64,000 nt of DNA from Octopus vulgaris (taxonomy: Eukaryota). The notes below the pieces were generated by a model. It did no database searches and was not told the origin of the DNA. It worked only from the letters and a program-made list of their open reading frames with translations. Both the position numbers and the translations under genes were made by a program. The stretch covers positions 5,456,001 through 5,520,000 of the forward strand of contig OX597826.1 in assembly GCA_951406725.2 (NCBI GenBank). Reading direction: 5' to 3'. Below, in pieces: positions 1 to 12,497 of the stretch. Every line of letters begins with the position of its first letter. Position 1 is the stretch's first letter.

Positions 1-555
1 AATTGTTCTCAAACTCACTGTCAACGGCAATATATGAAAATATATTGCACATTATATACCGAATTTCAGAAACGAGGCGATTTATTCGGCTTCCAACCGA
101 GTGAGGGAATATTGCATAAGAATATCCAAGGGCGTTAATTGAGAAATTTATTTGCAACAGATATTTAATGGGATATAAGTGCAATGAATGTATGTGTGTG
201 CATGTCATTGTGTATGCGTGTTTACGAATATAAATATATGTCTATGCAAATATAATTTAATTGATTATTTGCGTGTATATATATATATATATATATTTCT
301 GCGTCTGTATAACTGTGTATGTGCTTGTGTATGTGAGAAGGAAAGATATAGATAAACAGATTGTTTGAGAGAGGGAGAGATATATAACGGCACAGTCTAT
401 GTGTGAGAGAGAAAGTGAGAGGGAGAGAGTGGCAGTGAGAGAGATAGAGAAAGAGAGAGTGGAGTTGTATGTGTAAATGCATGAAAATTTTAAGTGCATA
501 ATTTCTGTGTGTGTAGTTTGGAAATTGTATTTCATGACACACATGAATAAATAAA

Positions 556-620
<65 letters not shown>

Positions 621-764
621 AGAGAAACACACGCACATACGCTCACAAACACACATACCTACACACACACGTACGTAAATTTTGTGCGTGTATATATATA
701 TATACACACACACACACCCACGCATGTACGTAAATGTGTATGTCTATACACATACTCACACACT

Positions 765-808
<44 letters not shown>

Positions 809-822
809 GACAGAGGAGGAAG

Positions 823-863
<41 letters not shown>

Positions 864-1721
864 TGTGCCCGCGCTTTTGCGTAAGTAAGAATCTGTATAT
901 GTTTGTATTTATAATTTAATACGAACGGTTATAATTTTCAGAACATTCGTGCATAATACATCAGCAAAGATGAATTATGATAAAGAAAATTAAACAGAAA
1001 TATACGCGGTTATCGAACACAAAATCCGACGCATGCCGCAGGATTCTGGTACCAATTACACCAGAGTGGAATTTTAATAGGTTAAACAGAGTATAATTAT
1101 AAAAGCTTCGCTCACTAAAATACCATAATCCTTGTCTATGAAGCAAAGTTTGTGGTATTTGTTAGTCCTTGACACCCAAACTAAATCTGTTTATATAGGC
1201 TAAAGGTTTACTCCTAGACTGAAAATGGTATCATTGCTATCCTGGTAATACCTATTAAATCGAAACGACGGGTAACGACTGCTCAACTTTTGAACCCCCC
1301 CCCCCCCCAAATGGAAAAACGAAAAGAAAAAGAAATTGATGTTTTCTTACTGGTTTAGCAATTCTAGAGAAGTTTTCGTTTTTGAAATTACCTCCCTTCA
1401 GAGTTGGAGTTGCTCGTTAAGGCAGCTCACCAAATCATTTGTTTACTTTCCATTGAAGTGATGATAATTTCAAACAAAACAAGCAAGATCTTACCTAAGA
1501 AGGTATTTGATAGATAAGCACTTGAACGCGCACACAGATAGACACAGACACAGAGAGACAAATACACACACACACACACACACAAGTATATTTATTTCTT
1601 TTGCAAGATTCTTGATGTGAAAACGTGTGTTGAAATAGATAGATCTTTCGTCACACCCTCTATTACTCACACACACACACACACACATATAAATATATAC
1701 TCACAAACAAATATATGCTTA

Positions 1722-1905
1722 TATTCTTATACTTGCTTCAGTCATTTGACTGCGGCCATTTGTCGGCATTTAGTAGAACAAATCGAGCCCCGGACGTATT
1801 CTCTGTAAGCCTAGTAATTACTCTATCAGACACTTTTTGTCGAACCTCTAAGTTATTGAGGCATAAACATCAGCTGTCAAGTGATGGTGGGGGGGGCAAA
1901 CGCAC
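1722..1905 (-). mobile_element. SINE family 2, 3' portion
   Basis: Contains cttgcttcagtcatttgactgcggcc...aaatcgagccccggacgtattctctgtaagcctagt...tgtcaagtgatggtgggggg. Homologous segments recur at about 48560-48700 and 57090-57275. Confidence 0.75.
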
Positions 1906-2442
1906 ATATACATTTCGGTGCGAATGGATATATATATATATATATATATGCACACACGTGCATATAACTTGCATATTCATATATACATACATATAAGCGT
2001 ACATATGTACATATATGTAGGAACATATACCTATATAAAGAGAAATGCTAAATTTATATTTCAACATAAGATATTCGATGTAAAAGCTATAAAACACAAG
2101 TTCTGTTTCGTATTAAAACATTAAACTGTGTACATACATTTGAAGTTACAGCCTTAACATATCTCAGAATATTGAGTTGTAAAAATAAGCGAAAATGAAA
2201 TGTAACGTCTTCAATAATATGAACAGAATTTTCGTTCTCAAAAATCTTGAAAACTGTTGGACTTATATATAAGTAATGCAACTTACATAAGCGATCGAAA
2301 GATGATCTTCGAATTTCATATATTGATAATCATGTATCGATAATCAATATATAATATATACACACGCATAAATTATATATATATAAATATATTTTATTTA
2401 TTTTATTTTATTTTATTTAGTTTCAGCTCACAAGCTGTGGCC

Positions 2443-2521
<79 letters not shown>

Positions 2522-3012
2522 CGTGTTTGTATGTGTGTGTGTATAAACGAAAAAGGAATAGCTTATGGCTTTCCAGCATTTATTTTTGCATTATAGCTTT
2601 ACAGCCGTTTCTGATATACATTTTGAGTGCGACCATCATTCCTCTTACTCAATCGATCGATTTACCGATTAAAAATATTTAGTAAACGGCTATTGGAATG
2701 ACATTTTCTTGGAGTAGGACACCGCCATCGCTAAACTAAATGTAGATAGTGGGAAAAGGAGAAAAAAAGATAAGAAAAAGGAATATATATATATATAATT
2801 GATATAGGATAAAATTTTTTTCGGGAAAAAATTTTATCAATGGCCAGCATATCAGAAAATGCCTTTAAAGGTAAAATTTATATATATATATATTGTTGTA
2901 TTTAGGAATGGTCATCTTGCCAGTTTAGCCAATGAAAACACACGCACTATATATTTGGTGTTACTTTGCTTCAGCATTATTTATTTATTACATTAATCTT
3001 AATCTTATTTCA

Positions 3013-3054
3013 GCCAGAGTTCTTTCGTCACAATCCTGTGATCGCATCAGTGGT
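3013..3054 (-). ncRNA. Degenerate type I hammerhead ribozyme motif in a short element that runs into (TA)n
   Basis: Minus strand reads cca-CTGATGC-gatcacaggattgtgac-GAAA-gaa-CTC-tgg. Stem I is cca/tgg, stem II is tcaca/tgtga, the cleavage triplet is CUC, and core A9 is changed to C. Confidence 0.55.
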
Positions 3055-4146
3055 CCTTTGCTTTCTTCTTTCTCATTTGTGTGTCTCTCCTTCCTAACCG
3101 TCAGCCATTTTGTATTTCTATTGTATGTGTCTTCATTTGCGCATGCGTATACCTCTATGTGCGTCTATGTATAAATATGTGGTGCAAATTAAGTAGCAGT
3201 TACTATCAATTGATCTATAACACTGAATTTTCAAAGCAGAACCACCGTCGTAAACATTTACACCCACGCATTCTTCGACACAGAGGATGTGACTCTTCAT
3301 CTCATCGTATATGTATATATGTGTGTGTGTGTGTATTTAAGTATATAATTATGCATAGAGGCACATATAGAATTATATTTTCCTTATGGACATCGAAATG
3401 AGGAGGAGAAGTGTACTCATCATCAGAATTGAAAATTTGAGCCAAAATATCACGAACATCAGAAAGTATTATCTTCGTTATATTTCATATAATCTATGAT
3501 GAGTAAAATTTCGTAACAAGCGAGCATCGTCTGAATAAATTCCAACACCTCCAGCCACACTACTGTGACTACTCTAATTCGATAGGAAGAAAATATTAAA
3601 ATTAAAAAAAAATCTAGACTCCTAAAACATTGTCTATAAATGATTAGTATATTGAATTAATAATTAAACGTATATTTCATTAATAGCTGATTTTAAAATA
3701 CTTGGGCATTTATAAGTGATCAACAATTAGGTTTCTGCATGTATCAAAAATTACTATGTCAAGTTTCTCTGAATGATACGTATTTCGTAATGCTAAAATT
3801 AGATCAAACAGATGAAACCTTTTCGCAAATGAATATATTCAGCATTTATAAGTTACTGAGGTTCAACTAGGTAATATAAATCCTACAACAATCAAACTCA
3901 TATATCTTAAGGCTCCAGAAGACCAGTAGCATAATATCATTTCCCTCTATACTATCATAATATATCAACCTCTCTGCCTACGAACTAATTAAGAACAATA
4001 CCCGCAATGTCGAAGTACAGCTGATTCAGCATCCACACTTAGGTTAATCATCGCTCCATGCATCATCTTGATCCGGTTCAATATACCTTACACGTACAAA
4101 TACATCCACATATACATACAAATATATACACGTACACGCTCCTCAC

Positions 4147-4432
4147 TTCCTTATAGGTCGCCATCGAATTCAATGAGAGTGAAGATTTTCCCTTTCAATT
4201 GTGGATCATTTGATGACTGCACATTTCAATCTATCTTCGCATTGAATTGCGGATGCTTTGATGTTTTTACTTCTGAAAGAGCAGCGGTAACTGATGATAC
4301 AGGCGCTCTGGCAGTTGTGTAATTCATAATGTCTTCTTAGTACATCTACCGTGTGCCCTCGTAAGTCAGTTAAGTGCGCAAAAGGCGGGATTTCACCGTG
4401 GTAATTGCACGAATTAATCAAAACGGCTGTAT
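4147..4432 (-). other. Candidate exon (possibly 5'UTR plus the start of a CDS, MATYKE, ending at a phase-0 donor)
   Basis: Unique, higher-complexity island. The minus strand has a T-rich tract then ttacAG at 4433, and GAA|GTGAGG at 4146. ATG GCG ACC TAT AAG GAA occupies 4164-4147. The plus strand also has plausible splice signals, so the orientation is uncertain. Confidence 0.3.
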
Positions 4433-4675
4433 CTGTAACAATAACGCGTAAGTTAAAAAAAAAGAAATTACATTGCATGAAAACACACATATGCAATGCA
4501 ATTTTTGAACGATCAGAGAAATGTAGAAATGAATATAGATATATATGAGCGAAGCCATATTTCTATATATGAATACATCAACATATGAATATTTGAAGTA
4601 ATATATACACAGTGAAAAATTACTTTGTGCATAAACAATATTATATGTATGTATATATAAATATGTATATATGTA

Positions 4676-4732
<57 letters not shown>

Positions 4733-4862
4733 TTATGTATATATATGTATGCATATATATATATATATATATACGTACATACACATACACACACACACAC
4801 ATATATATATATGCATACGTATGTAGGAGGAAGAAGAGTCTGTGTGTGTGTCTCTCTCTGTT

Positions 4863-4895
<33 letters not shown>

Positions 4896-5114
4896 GTATG
4901 TAATATATACATATATACATATCTTTGTGTGTAAATGTGAGTGTGTGTGAATTAGACAGACATATAGATAAATTGATAGATAGATAGAGAGAACGAGAGA
5001 GAGAGAGAGAGAGAAATAGAGAGTGAGGGAGTGATAGAGAGAGTTTGTGTCATGGAATCATGTTGCTTAGTGGTAATTAGGTTGCACTCATGGCGATGGT
5101 AGTCTATAGCAGTG

Positions 5115-5225
5115 TTGCACTCATGGTGATGAGAGTCTGGTTTCCAATGATGGACCCACAATGTATTGTGTTCTTAAGCAAAATACTTCAGTTCACACTG
5201 TTGCAGGTGACGCAGCCGGCAAAAC
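5115..5225 (+). mobile_element. Old degenerate copy of SINE family 3
   Basis: ttgtgttcttaagcaaaatacttcagttcacactgttgcag matches the central segment of the 8440 element (ttgtgttcttgagcaaaatactttatttcacgttgttccag). Confidence 0.55.
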
Positions 5226-5999
5226 TTTTTAACAACGCGACGGACCGGAGTTCCATCCGCAGTCGGACTGTATTAGTCTAAAATCTAGGAAAACGTCCTT
5301 ATAGACGGGAAGAACCTGTTTTCTTATTTTTCTATATATAAATCCATGACTGTATATCATATTATGTATTTTTGAAATATGTTACTGAGTGTGTGGTTCA
5401 GTTTATAGACAATTACTTCTGTGTGTTAATGTGAATTTATTAAAATGTTATTAAATTTTATTAAAATAAAGGAATCCTATTCTCCACAAGCTTTTGCAAC
5501 AAATTTGCTTAAAAAATTTCGATACATTGAGACATGAGATGTTTCATTAACACAGGTATCGCTAGAGTAATATAAATAACACGGGTTGGAAATTATCTGA
5601 TCAGCTAGACTGGTTCATAGAAATTAGTGAAAAAATTTACTGCGTTGGCGTCAATCAAAGAAAACCCGAATCAATTATTTTTATTGATAATTTATATATC
5701 TGATGAAAAATATCATTTTAAAAATGTGTAGAACATGAATTATTGTTTCTTCTGTGTGAAGCAGAAGACCGGGGCTATGTAGGTTTCTTGATGTAAAAGG
5801 GACTGAGATTACAGATTTATCTCTTGAATAGGACACCTATGTTTCCCAACGTTAGGTCCGAGATAGCGTAAGAACACATTGATAGTAGTGTTGAATTGAG
5901 CAACATTTAAAGAAGGGATCAAGAATATGTCCTGTCAAAAATCCAAACTACGTTTATGAGTGCAATACTCTAAACACTAGATCAAGCGCCATCGCTCGC

Positions 6000-6269
6000 T
6001 TCAATGAAGAGTACTATGCAAACATTCAGAGGCAGTTAAGAAAGGCTATTAAGAACAAACGCCCATGAAATCGGATAAAAAGTGTCTTGTTTCACCACGA
6101 CAGTGCTCTGGCACACAAGGTGATAGTTTCAGTGGCACTTGCGCGTGATTGTGGTTTTGGACTGGTTAATCAGCTCTGCTATACTACTGACTTAGGCCCA
6201 TCTGACTATAACGTGTTCCTCAACATGAAAACACGCTTAGCTGGGAACTAGTATCGCAGTGATGATGAC
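6000..6269 (+). pseudogene. Mariner (DD34D) transposase relic, C-terminal catalytic region
   Basis: Translates FNEEYYANIQRQLRKAIKNKRP*NRIKSVLFHHDSALAHK...CYTTDLGPSDYNVFLNMKTRLAGN*YRSDDD. These are degenerate HDNA and YSPDLAPSDY motifs with 34 residues between the two Asp, and two in-frame stops. Confidence 0.92.
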
Positions 6270-6983
6270 TTCAAAATATACGATCGAGGCTCTGCATCTT
6301 CCCCTGTCCACCCACGTGAGTTATAGAGCAACAAATTCCTACAGAGGAATTCGTAGTTTATTTTCAGGGAGAGAATTATATTGTCAATAATAATAAGGGT
6401 AAAATTAATTATTTATTTAGTAATTAATAATTTTACCAAGCAGTGTTCCTTTGTAGGAATTTAGTCCACGTGGATGGACAGGGGAAGATGCAGAGCCTCA
6501 TTCGTATATTTTGAATTCGTTGGTACTGGATGTCAAGGATGGTTTATCTGAGGTTACTCAAATCAGACGGGTATGTTCGATTGTTAGTGCTCTCAAATTT
6601 AAATTTAATGAAATCCTGTGCTGATGACAGGAATGTTTGAATAGGGATGTATTTCTAGCATCTGTATATCCAACTAACCCAGAAACGCGTTCACAAGTAA
6701 TCTATTTTTCGAATGAACTTTCGTTAATTTTCCCTCTATGCCTACGTGAATTGTTTTTGAGTATACATTATCTGGTAGACTCTTTTTATAGTAGTGGAAA
6801 TAGCCAAATTCTTTGGCTGCTATTTCTAAAAGTTCGGTGTGTGATAAAGCAATTTTTTGGCAGAACCCTAATTATATGAAGTAATGTATATATTTACTGT
6901 AAATGGTCCTTTTACATACTGAACACTGCTTGGTAAAATTATTAATTACTAATTAATTAATTAATTTTACCCTTATTATTATT

Positions 6984-6988
<5 letters not shown>
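6270..6988 (+). mobile_element. Penelope-like pseudo-LTR fragment with two sets of inverted repeats and a hammerhead motif
   Basis: 6270-6350 is an inverted copy of about 6445-6516, and 6383-6448 is an inverted copy of 6921-6986. A hammerhead motif lies at 6617-6695. The element ends in (TA)n and begins where the mariner relic stops. Confidence 0.65.
6617..6695 (+). ncRNA. Type I hammerhead ribozyme with extended stem II
   Basis: tgtg-CTGATGA(6621-6627)-long insert containing ggatgta/tatatcc pairing-GAAA(6682-6685)-cgc-GTT-caca. Stem III is the palindrome AACGCGTT and stem I is tgtg/caca. Confidence 0.7.
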
Positions 6989-7032
<44 letters not shown>

Positions 7033-7182
7033 TGTATTAAATTAGAGACAAAACCACTATTAGGCAAATCAAACAATGAAAAACTTAAGCCAATACATAT
7101 GATTAATTTATATTATTTAAATATATAACAAAATTATTAAAAAAATATAATTAAGTTTGGATTTATTCCCTAATTTTTATTA

Positions 7183-7233
<51 letters not shown>

Positions 7234-7274
7234 GGCTATTATACTTTATTATTTGTTTAGATTCTAAACAAAAG

Positions 7275-7310
7275 TGTCCGACGGATGGGAACGTGAAACT
7301 CTGAGTAACA
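7275..7310 (+). ncRNA. Decayed hammerhead motif in a short element lying between (TA)n tracts
   Basis: tgt-CCGACGG-atgggaacgt-GAAA-ctctga-GTA-aca. Stems I and III and the GUA triplet are present, but the CUGANGA core is mutated. It is followed by aataaa and a T-rich tail running into (TA)n. Confidence 0.4.
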
Positions 7311-7412
7311 GTTTTTTTGATATTTTTGCTGTCCTTTAATAAAGCATTTTACTGTACCTTTGGTATTCGTGTACATTTCCCACCTTGTTTCGCATTTATG
7401 TGCTTACTCTGG

Positions 7413-7444
<32 letters not shown>

Positions 7445-7919
7445 CATATAAGTGTGTGTGTGTATATATATATCTGAATCTCTGTATCTATTCTCACTAC
7501 TATTTCTGATTATACTCAATTATGACTAATTAGTTTTATTTATGGCCATGATATCGTAATATTGTATTTACTAAATTTCGTTATGAATTTTTGTTATATA
7601 TCATGGTGGATTTTTTTTTCTCTTACATTAACCAAAATTTTCCTTTTCATCAGACACGAATGAATGTTCACCATATGGAACCAAGAATTTTCCATGTATC
7701 TTTTATTTTTGTAAAGTATTCTGCAGCTTCGGAAATATTTTAGCTGAAAATTCATTCGATATCACTTGAAGACAATGTTTCTATAGACCGGGCATTACTT
7801 TGAAATGCACTGCTTTCTGTTCACAATCACACATTCATACGTTCACTTACATACAGATATATTTACCTACGTACATATATATATGCATACATATATTCAC
7901 ACAAACATACACAAGCATG

Positions 7920-7998
<79 letters not shown>

Positions 7999-7999
<1 letters not shown>

Positions 8000-8392
8000 A
8001 ATTAAGGACTGCACACGAAAAGTGGACAGTCAACATGCTAGATATAGACGTCAAATCGCCATTCACCACAAAAGATTATGTTCTCAGATCAAACTCAACA
8101 CAAAACCATAGCAATAAACAAGTGAAAAATATACGAAATAAAATAATTACCCATGTACTAATTAGTTTCAGCGTCCAGCAAATTGCATTTATAACGGACC
8201 ATGCTGATGATGGCTGCAGTTTTCCTTGCGGAAAATAACAGCTGAAACTAATTAGTACATGGGTAATTATTTTATTTCGTATATTTTTCACTTGTTTATT
8301 GCTATGGTTTTGTGTTGAGTTTGATCTGAGAACATAATCTTTTGTGGTGAATGGCGATTTGACGTCTATATCTAGCATGTTGACTGTCCACT

Positions 8393-8393
<1 letters not shown>
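7999..8393 (+). mobile_element. Penelope-like pseudo-LTR insertion in (TA)n: 153-bp perfect inverted repeat with a 68-bp spacer
   Basis: Arms 8020-8172 and 8241-8393 are exact reverse complements, (TA)n flanks both sides, and a hammerhead spans the spacer and right arm. Confidence 0.8.
8199..8262 (+). ncRNA. Type I hammerhead ribozyme with an intact core
   Basis: ccatg-CTGATGA(8204-8210)-t-ggctg..gttttcc ttgc ggaaaat..cagct-GAAA(8244-8247)-ctaatta-GTA-catgg. Stem I is ccatg/catgg, stem III is the palindrome ACTAATTAGT, and the predicted cut is after 8257. Confidence 0.85.
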
Positions 8394-8437
<44 letters not shown>

Positions 8438-8438
<1 letters not shown>

Positions 8439-8770
8439 AAGGCGCATGACTCAGTGGTTATAGCGTCGAACTTTCGATCGTGAGGTTGTGAGTTCGATTC
8501 CCGGACCGGCCTGCGTGTTGTGTTCTTGAGCAAAATACTTTATTTCACGTTGTTCCAGTTAACTCAGCTGCAGTAATGAGTTGCGACATCCCTGGTGCCA
8601 AGCTGTATCGGACTTTGCCTGTCCCTTGGATAACACCAGTGGTGTGGTGAGGGGAGGCTGGTATACATGGGTGTCTGCTGGCCTTCCATAAACAATCTTG
8701 CTCGGACTTGTGCTCTGGGGGGTAACTTTCTATATGCAACCCCATGGTCATTCGTGACCAAATGTGATCT
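8438..8770 (+). mobile_element. tRNA-derived SINE family 3, near full length
   Basis: A-box TGACTCAGTGG, B-box GAGTTCGATTCC, central tgttgtgttcttgagcaaaatacttta segment, and a 3' tail cccatggtcattcgtgacc that is also seen at about 61206. Confidence 0.85.
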
Positions 8771-8786
8771 CCACATATGTCATATG

Positions 8787-8844
<58 letters not shown>

Positions 8845-9002
8845 GTGGGGGGTCTGCATGTGTGTGTATGCGTATGCATCTCTGTACAGGAGTAGTGGGT
8901 TACCTCATTTATATAGGAAAGGTTTAGACACACTCGTGTACATGCATAGCCTTCTTTCTCTTCTTTTTGTCTCTGCTTATATACATACACTCACACACAC
9001 AC

Positions 9003-9064
<62 letters not shown>

Positions 9065-9359
9065 GTATATGTATGTATATATATATATATGTGTGTGTGT
9101 ATGTGTGTGTATGTCTATGTCAGTGTGTATTCCCTATAATTTTGAAATTTTGTATCAATGACGTCTCGGATCTATGTATAAACGAAGAGAATTTAGCATA
9201 ATTATTTTTTTTAGAGGGCGTTTGAACATTCCATTCCATAAGTTTCGTAATATGTTTTTACACAAACTTTCTGACAAGTGTCTTTGCTTGAAAACTATGT
9301 TTTTGAATAGCTCTTGTAGTATGCGCAGCTAATGAAAGAAAACACACACACACACACAC

Positions 9360-9361
<2 letters not shown>

Positions 9362-9417
<56 letters not shown>

Positions 9418-9432
9418 ATTTTATTATTATAA

Positions 9433-9517
<85 letters not shown>

Positions 9518-9522
9518 GTTGT

Positions 9523-9555
<33 letters not shown>

Positions 9556-9585
9556 TACTATTCCTATTATTATTATTATCATCAT
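9362..9585. repeat. (ATT)n trinucleotide microsatellite
   Basis: Read directly from the sequence. It explains the poly-N/I/L ORFs. Confidence 0.97.
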
Positions 9586-10093
9586 TAGGTTCTGTGTATA
9601 TACAGATTTTAACTTCAAATATGTGTTTGTGTATTTTAGATTCCATTGCATACCGCGTTAGAATATTTCAATATATGAACGGGTTTTACAGAGGACTGCG
9701 ATTGCTATGGATTGCACAGGTGTATTCTAGCGAAGTATAATTACTATAATTAGCGTACATTGCATTTACAGGTTCCCTAAACATTCAGAACATAAAAGAA
9801 TTTCTATTCACTGTTTAGAATAGATTTGAAATATCTTAGACATACATACACATCGACACACATGCACTCACAAAGTAATATATATGTGCGTGTGTGTGTG
9901 AGTTTGTATATAGGTATATACATATACATGCATATATATACATATATATATATGTGTGTATGTATGTATGCATATATATACATATATGTGTAAATATAAT
10001 CATACATTTTGTACATAAATGAATAGACATATATATTTAAACAAATATATATATATATGTGTGTGTGCGCGTGTGTGTGTGTATGTGTCTGTG

Positions 10094-10139
<46 letters not shown>

Positions 10140-10187
10140 AGTGTGTATTTACGTACGTGCTTGCAGTAGCACATTAATATATACATT

Positions 10188-10227
<40 letters not shown>

Positions 10228-10399
10228 TGTGTTTGGGTGCGTATGATTGTGCGTGCGCGTCCGTGTGTATGTGTGGGCATGTGTGTATTTGCGTGTGCGT
10301 AAGTATGTGTGTGTATGTGTATGTGTGTGTGTCCGTCCATTTGGTATTATGATATGTATGTATTTATTCGAGTCAGTGCTTGCTTGAGTATATATGTTT

Positions 10400-10463
<64 letters not shown>

Positions 10464-11226
10464 TATTTGTGAGCGTGGTTGCTTGTGAGTGCGTCTGTCC
10501 TTTGTGTGTCTTTTGTGTGACGTTTTGAAATGAACAGAATTAGAAAAAGAAACCCAACTTGCCGAAACATGTATTAAGTGAATTCTTCATTTTCTGCTGG
10601 TAATAATTAGGGAATAGGAAATGTATGCAAATTTATTGAGGCTTAAATTATTATATAATTATTTAAATCAATAATGTGTAATTATATGTTAGGTACTGAA
10701 GGATTTATATTATATTCAGAAAGCCCTGTCCTTTAAAATGAGTCATCGTACAAATCAATCTATACAACTAAAAGTTTGTATACTTTAACCGAAGTACGGA
10801 ACTTCGAAGCAAAGTGCCGCAGAAATGGCTCTCTTTCTCGACGCGTGATTATGTGAACATGATAGCTGCTATTTTATTTCCTATATTCTGATAATCACGC
10901 ATACTTAAGTTACTCACCCTTATACACACACAATGCGTTAGGCTGTAAATGTATGTATAGATATATTGTGAATCATCTGATTCGAATGAATATAGAAGCA
11001 CGTACTCTATACATGTATTGAATGATTGAATATATTTTTCAGCTATCGGTATCCAGTATCCACACGCATGCACGCATACACGTAAAAATGTATGAAAACA
11101 AATCGATGTACATGAAATCAGCAGAATACATCTTAAATTTAATCAAATCTAATTCACAAAGTGCTTTATACATTCACACACACACACACACACACACACG
11201 CATACATAAATATACATATATATGTT

Positions 11227-11258
<32 letters not shown>

Positions 11259-11286
11259 AGTATGAATGTATCTATGTATATATGTA

Positions 11287-11333
<47 letters not shown>

Positions 11334-11338
<5 letters not shown>

Positions 11339-11588
11339 TAAATAAATAAAACATATGCATATATACATACATATATGTACGTACCTACCTCTACATGTAT
11401 ATATACATGCATATATGGGTACAGAAGAAAAATGTCCATTTCCTTGGTTTTGTGTTTATGTTTTCGTTTCTCATTGTGTTCGACGTTTTTTGGTGTCCTG
11501 TACCCATATATGCATGTATATATACATGTAGAGGTAGGTACGTACATTTATGTATGTATATATGCATATGTTTTATTTATTTATTAAT
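11334..11588. repeat. 91-bp near-perfect inverted repeat with a 73-bp spacer, adjacent to (TA)n
   Basis: 11334-11424 is the reverse complement of 11498-11588 with one mismatch seen. The mirrored ORFs MYVPTSTC... appear on both strands. Confidence 0.9.
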
Positions 11589-12059
11589 TTATTATATGAC
11601 GGAACGCACGCATCCATTTCTAAGTAAGATTGTTCTTAATATATATATATATTTATATTTTTGTGTGTTTGTGTGTGTGTGTGTGTATGTATATTTAGTA
11701 TTCTTTCGGAACTTGTAGAACACATCGAAAATCTACGTATGATCGTATTCCATAGAGATGAACATTTATTGAGAATATTGAATGCACTAGGGCATCAAGC
11801 TTCGGATTTCACATCTTAATCAACTGGAGCTACTCAACCCGCACGCGAACTCAGAAAAAGTTTTAAAATAAACTTTTGTTGAATTCTCCATTCTATGGAG
11901 ATGCCTCCTTTAATGCTGCTAAAATACTGTCTCTAATTAGATAGCATTTTCTAAGAAACTTTTGTTACCATGAACTTTTGAATACTCATAAATTCAAAAG
12001 AAGGTACTCATGTTTAGATAATATCACTTTCAATGCTCCAGGCTACAACATGATCCTTT

Positions 12060-12497
12060 CTATTAAGGGCACAAATCCTGAACTTTTGTGGCGGGAAATA
12101 GGCGATTACTTGATCCCAGCACTTTACTGGTACTTAATTTATCGACCTGTAAATGATGAAAGGCAAAGTCGACTTGACCGGAATTTGAAGTCAGAAGATA
12201 ACGACAGACGAAATATCTATTTCTTTATTACCCATAAGGGGCTAAACACAGAGTGGTCAAATAAGGACAGAAAAACGGATTAAGTCGATTATATCGACCC
12301 CAGCGCGTAACTGGTACTTATTTAACCGACCCCGAAACGATGAAATGCAAAGTCGATTTCTGCGGAAATTGAACTCAGACGAAATACTGCTAAGCATTTC
12401 ACCAGGCATGCTAACGCTTCTGCCAGCTCGCCGCCGGACGAAATACCGCTGAGCATTTTGAACGGCGTGGTAACGATTCTGCGAACTCGCTGCCTTG
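12060..12497 (-). mobile_element. SINE family 1: young tail-A copy (12216-12436) nested in an older tail-B copy
   Basis: Two consecutive heads (ggcggcgagctggcagaa-like). The inner copy is flanked by the direct repeat gacgaaata (12207-12215 and 12437-12445), and the body and tail B continue at 12060-12206. Confidence 0.85.

Noticed and set aside
8438-8510. tRNA gene calls for the SINE heads (also 16430-16495 and the family 1 heads)
   Set aside because: A/B boxes are present, but there is no complete cloverleaf or acceptor stem and they continue into repeat bodies. They are tRNA-derived, not tRNA genes.
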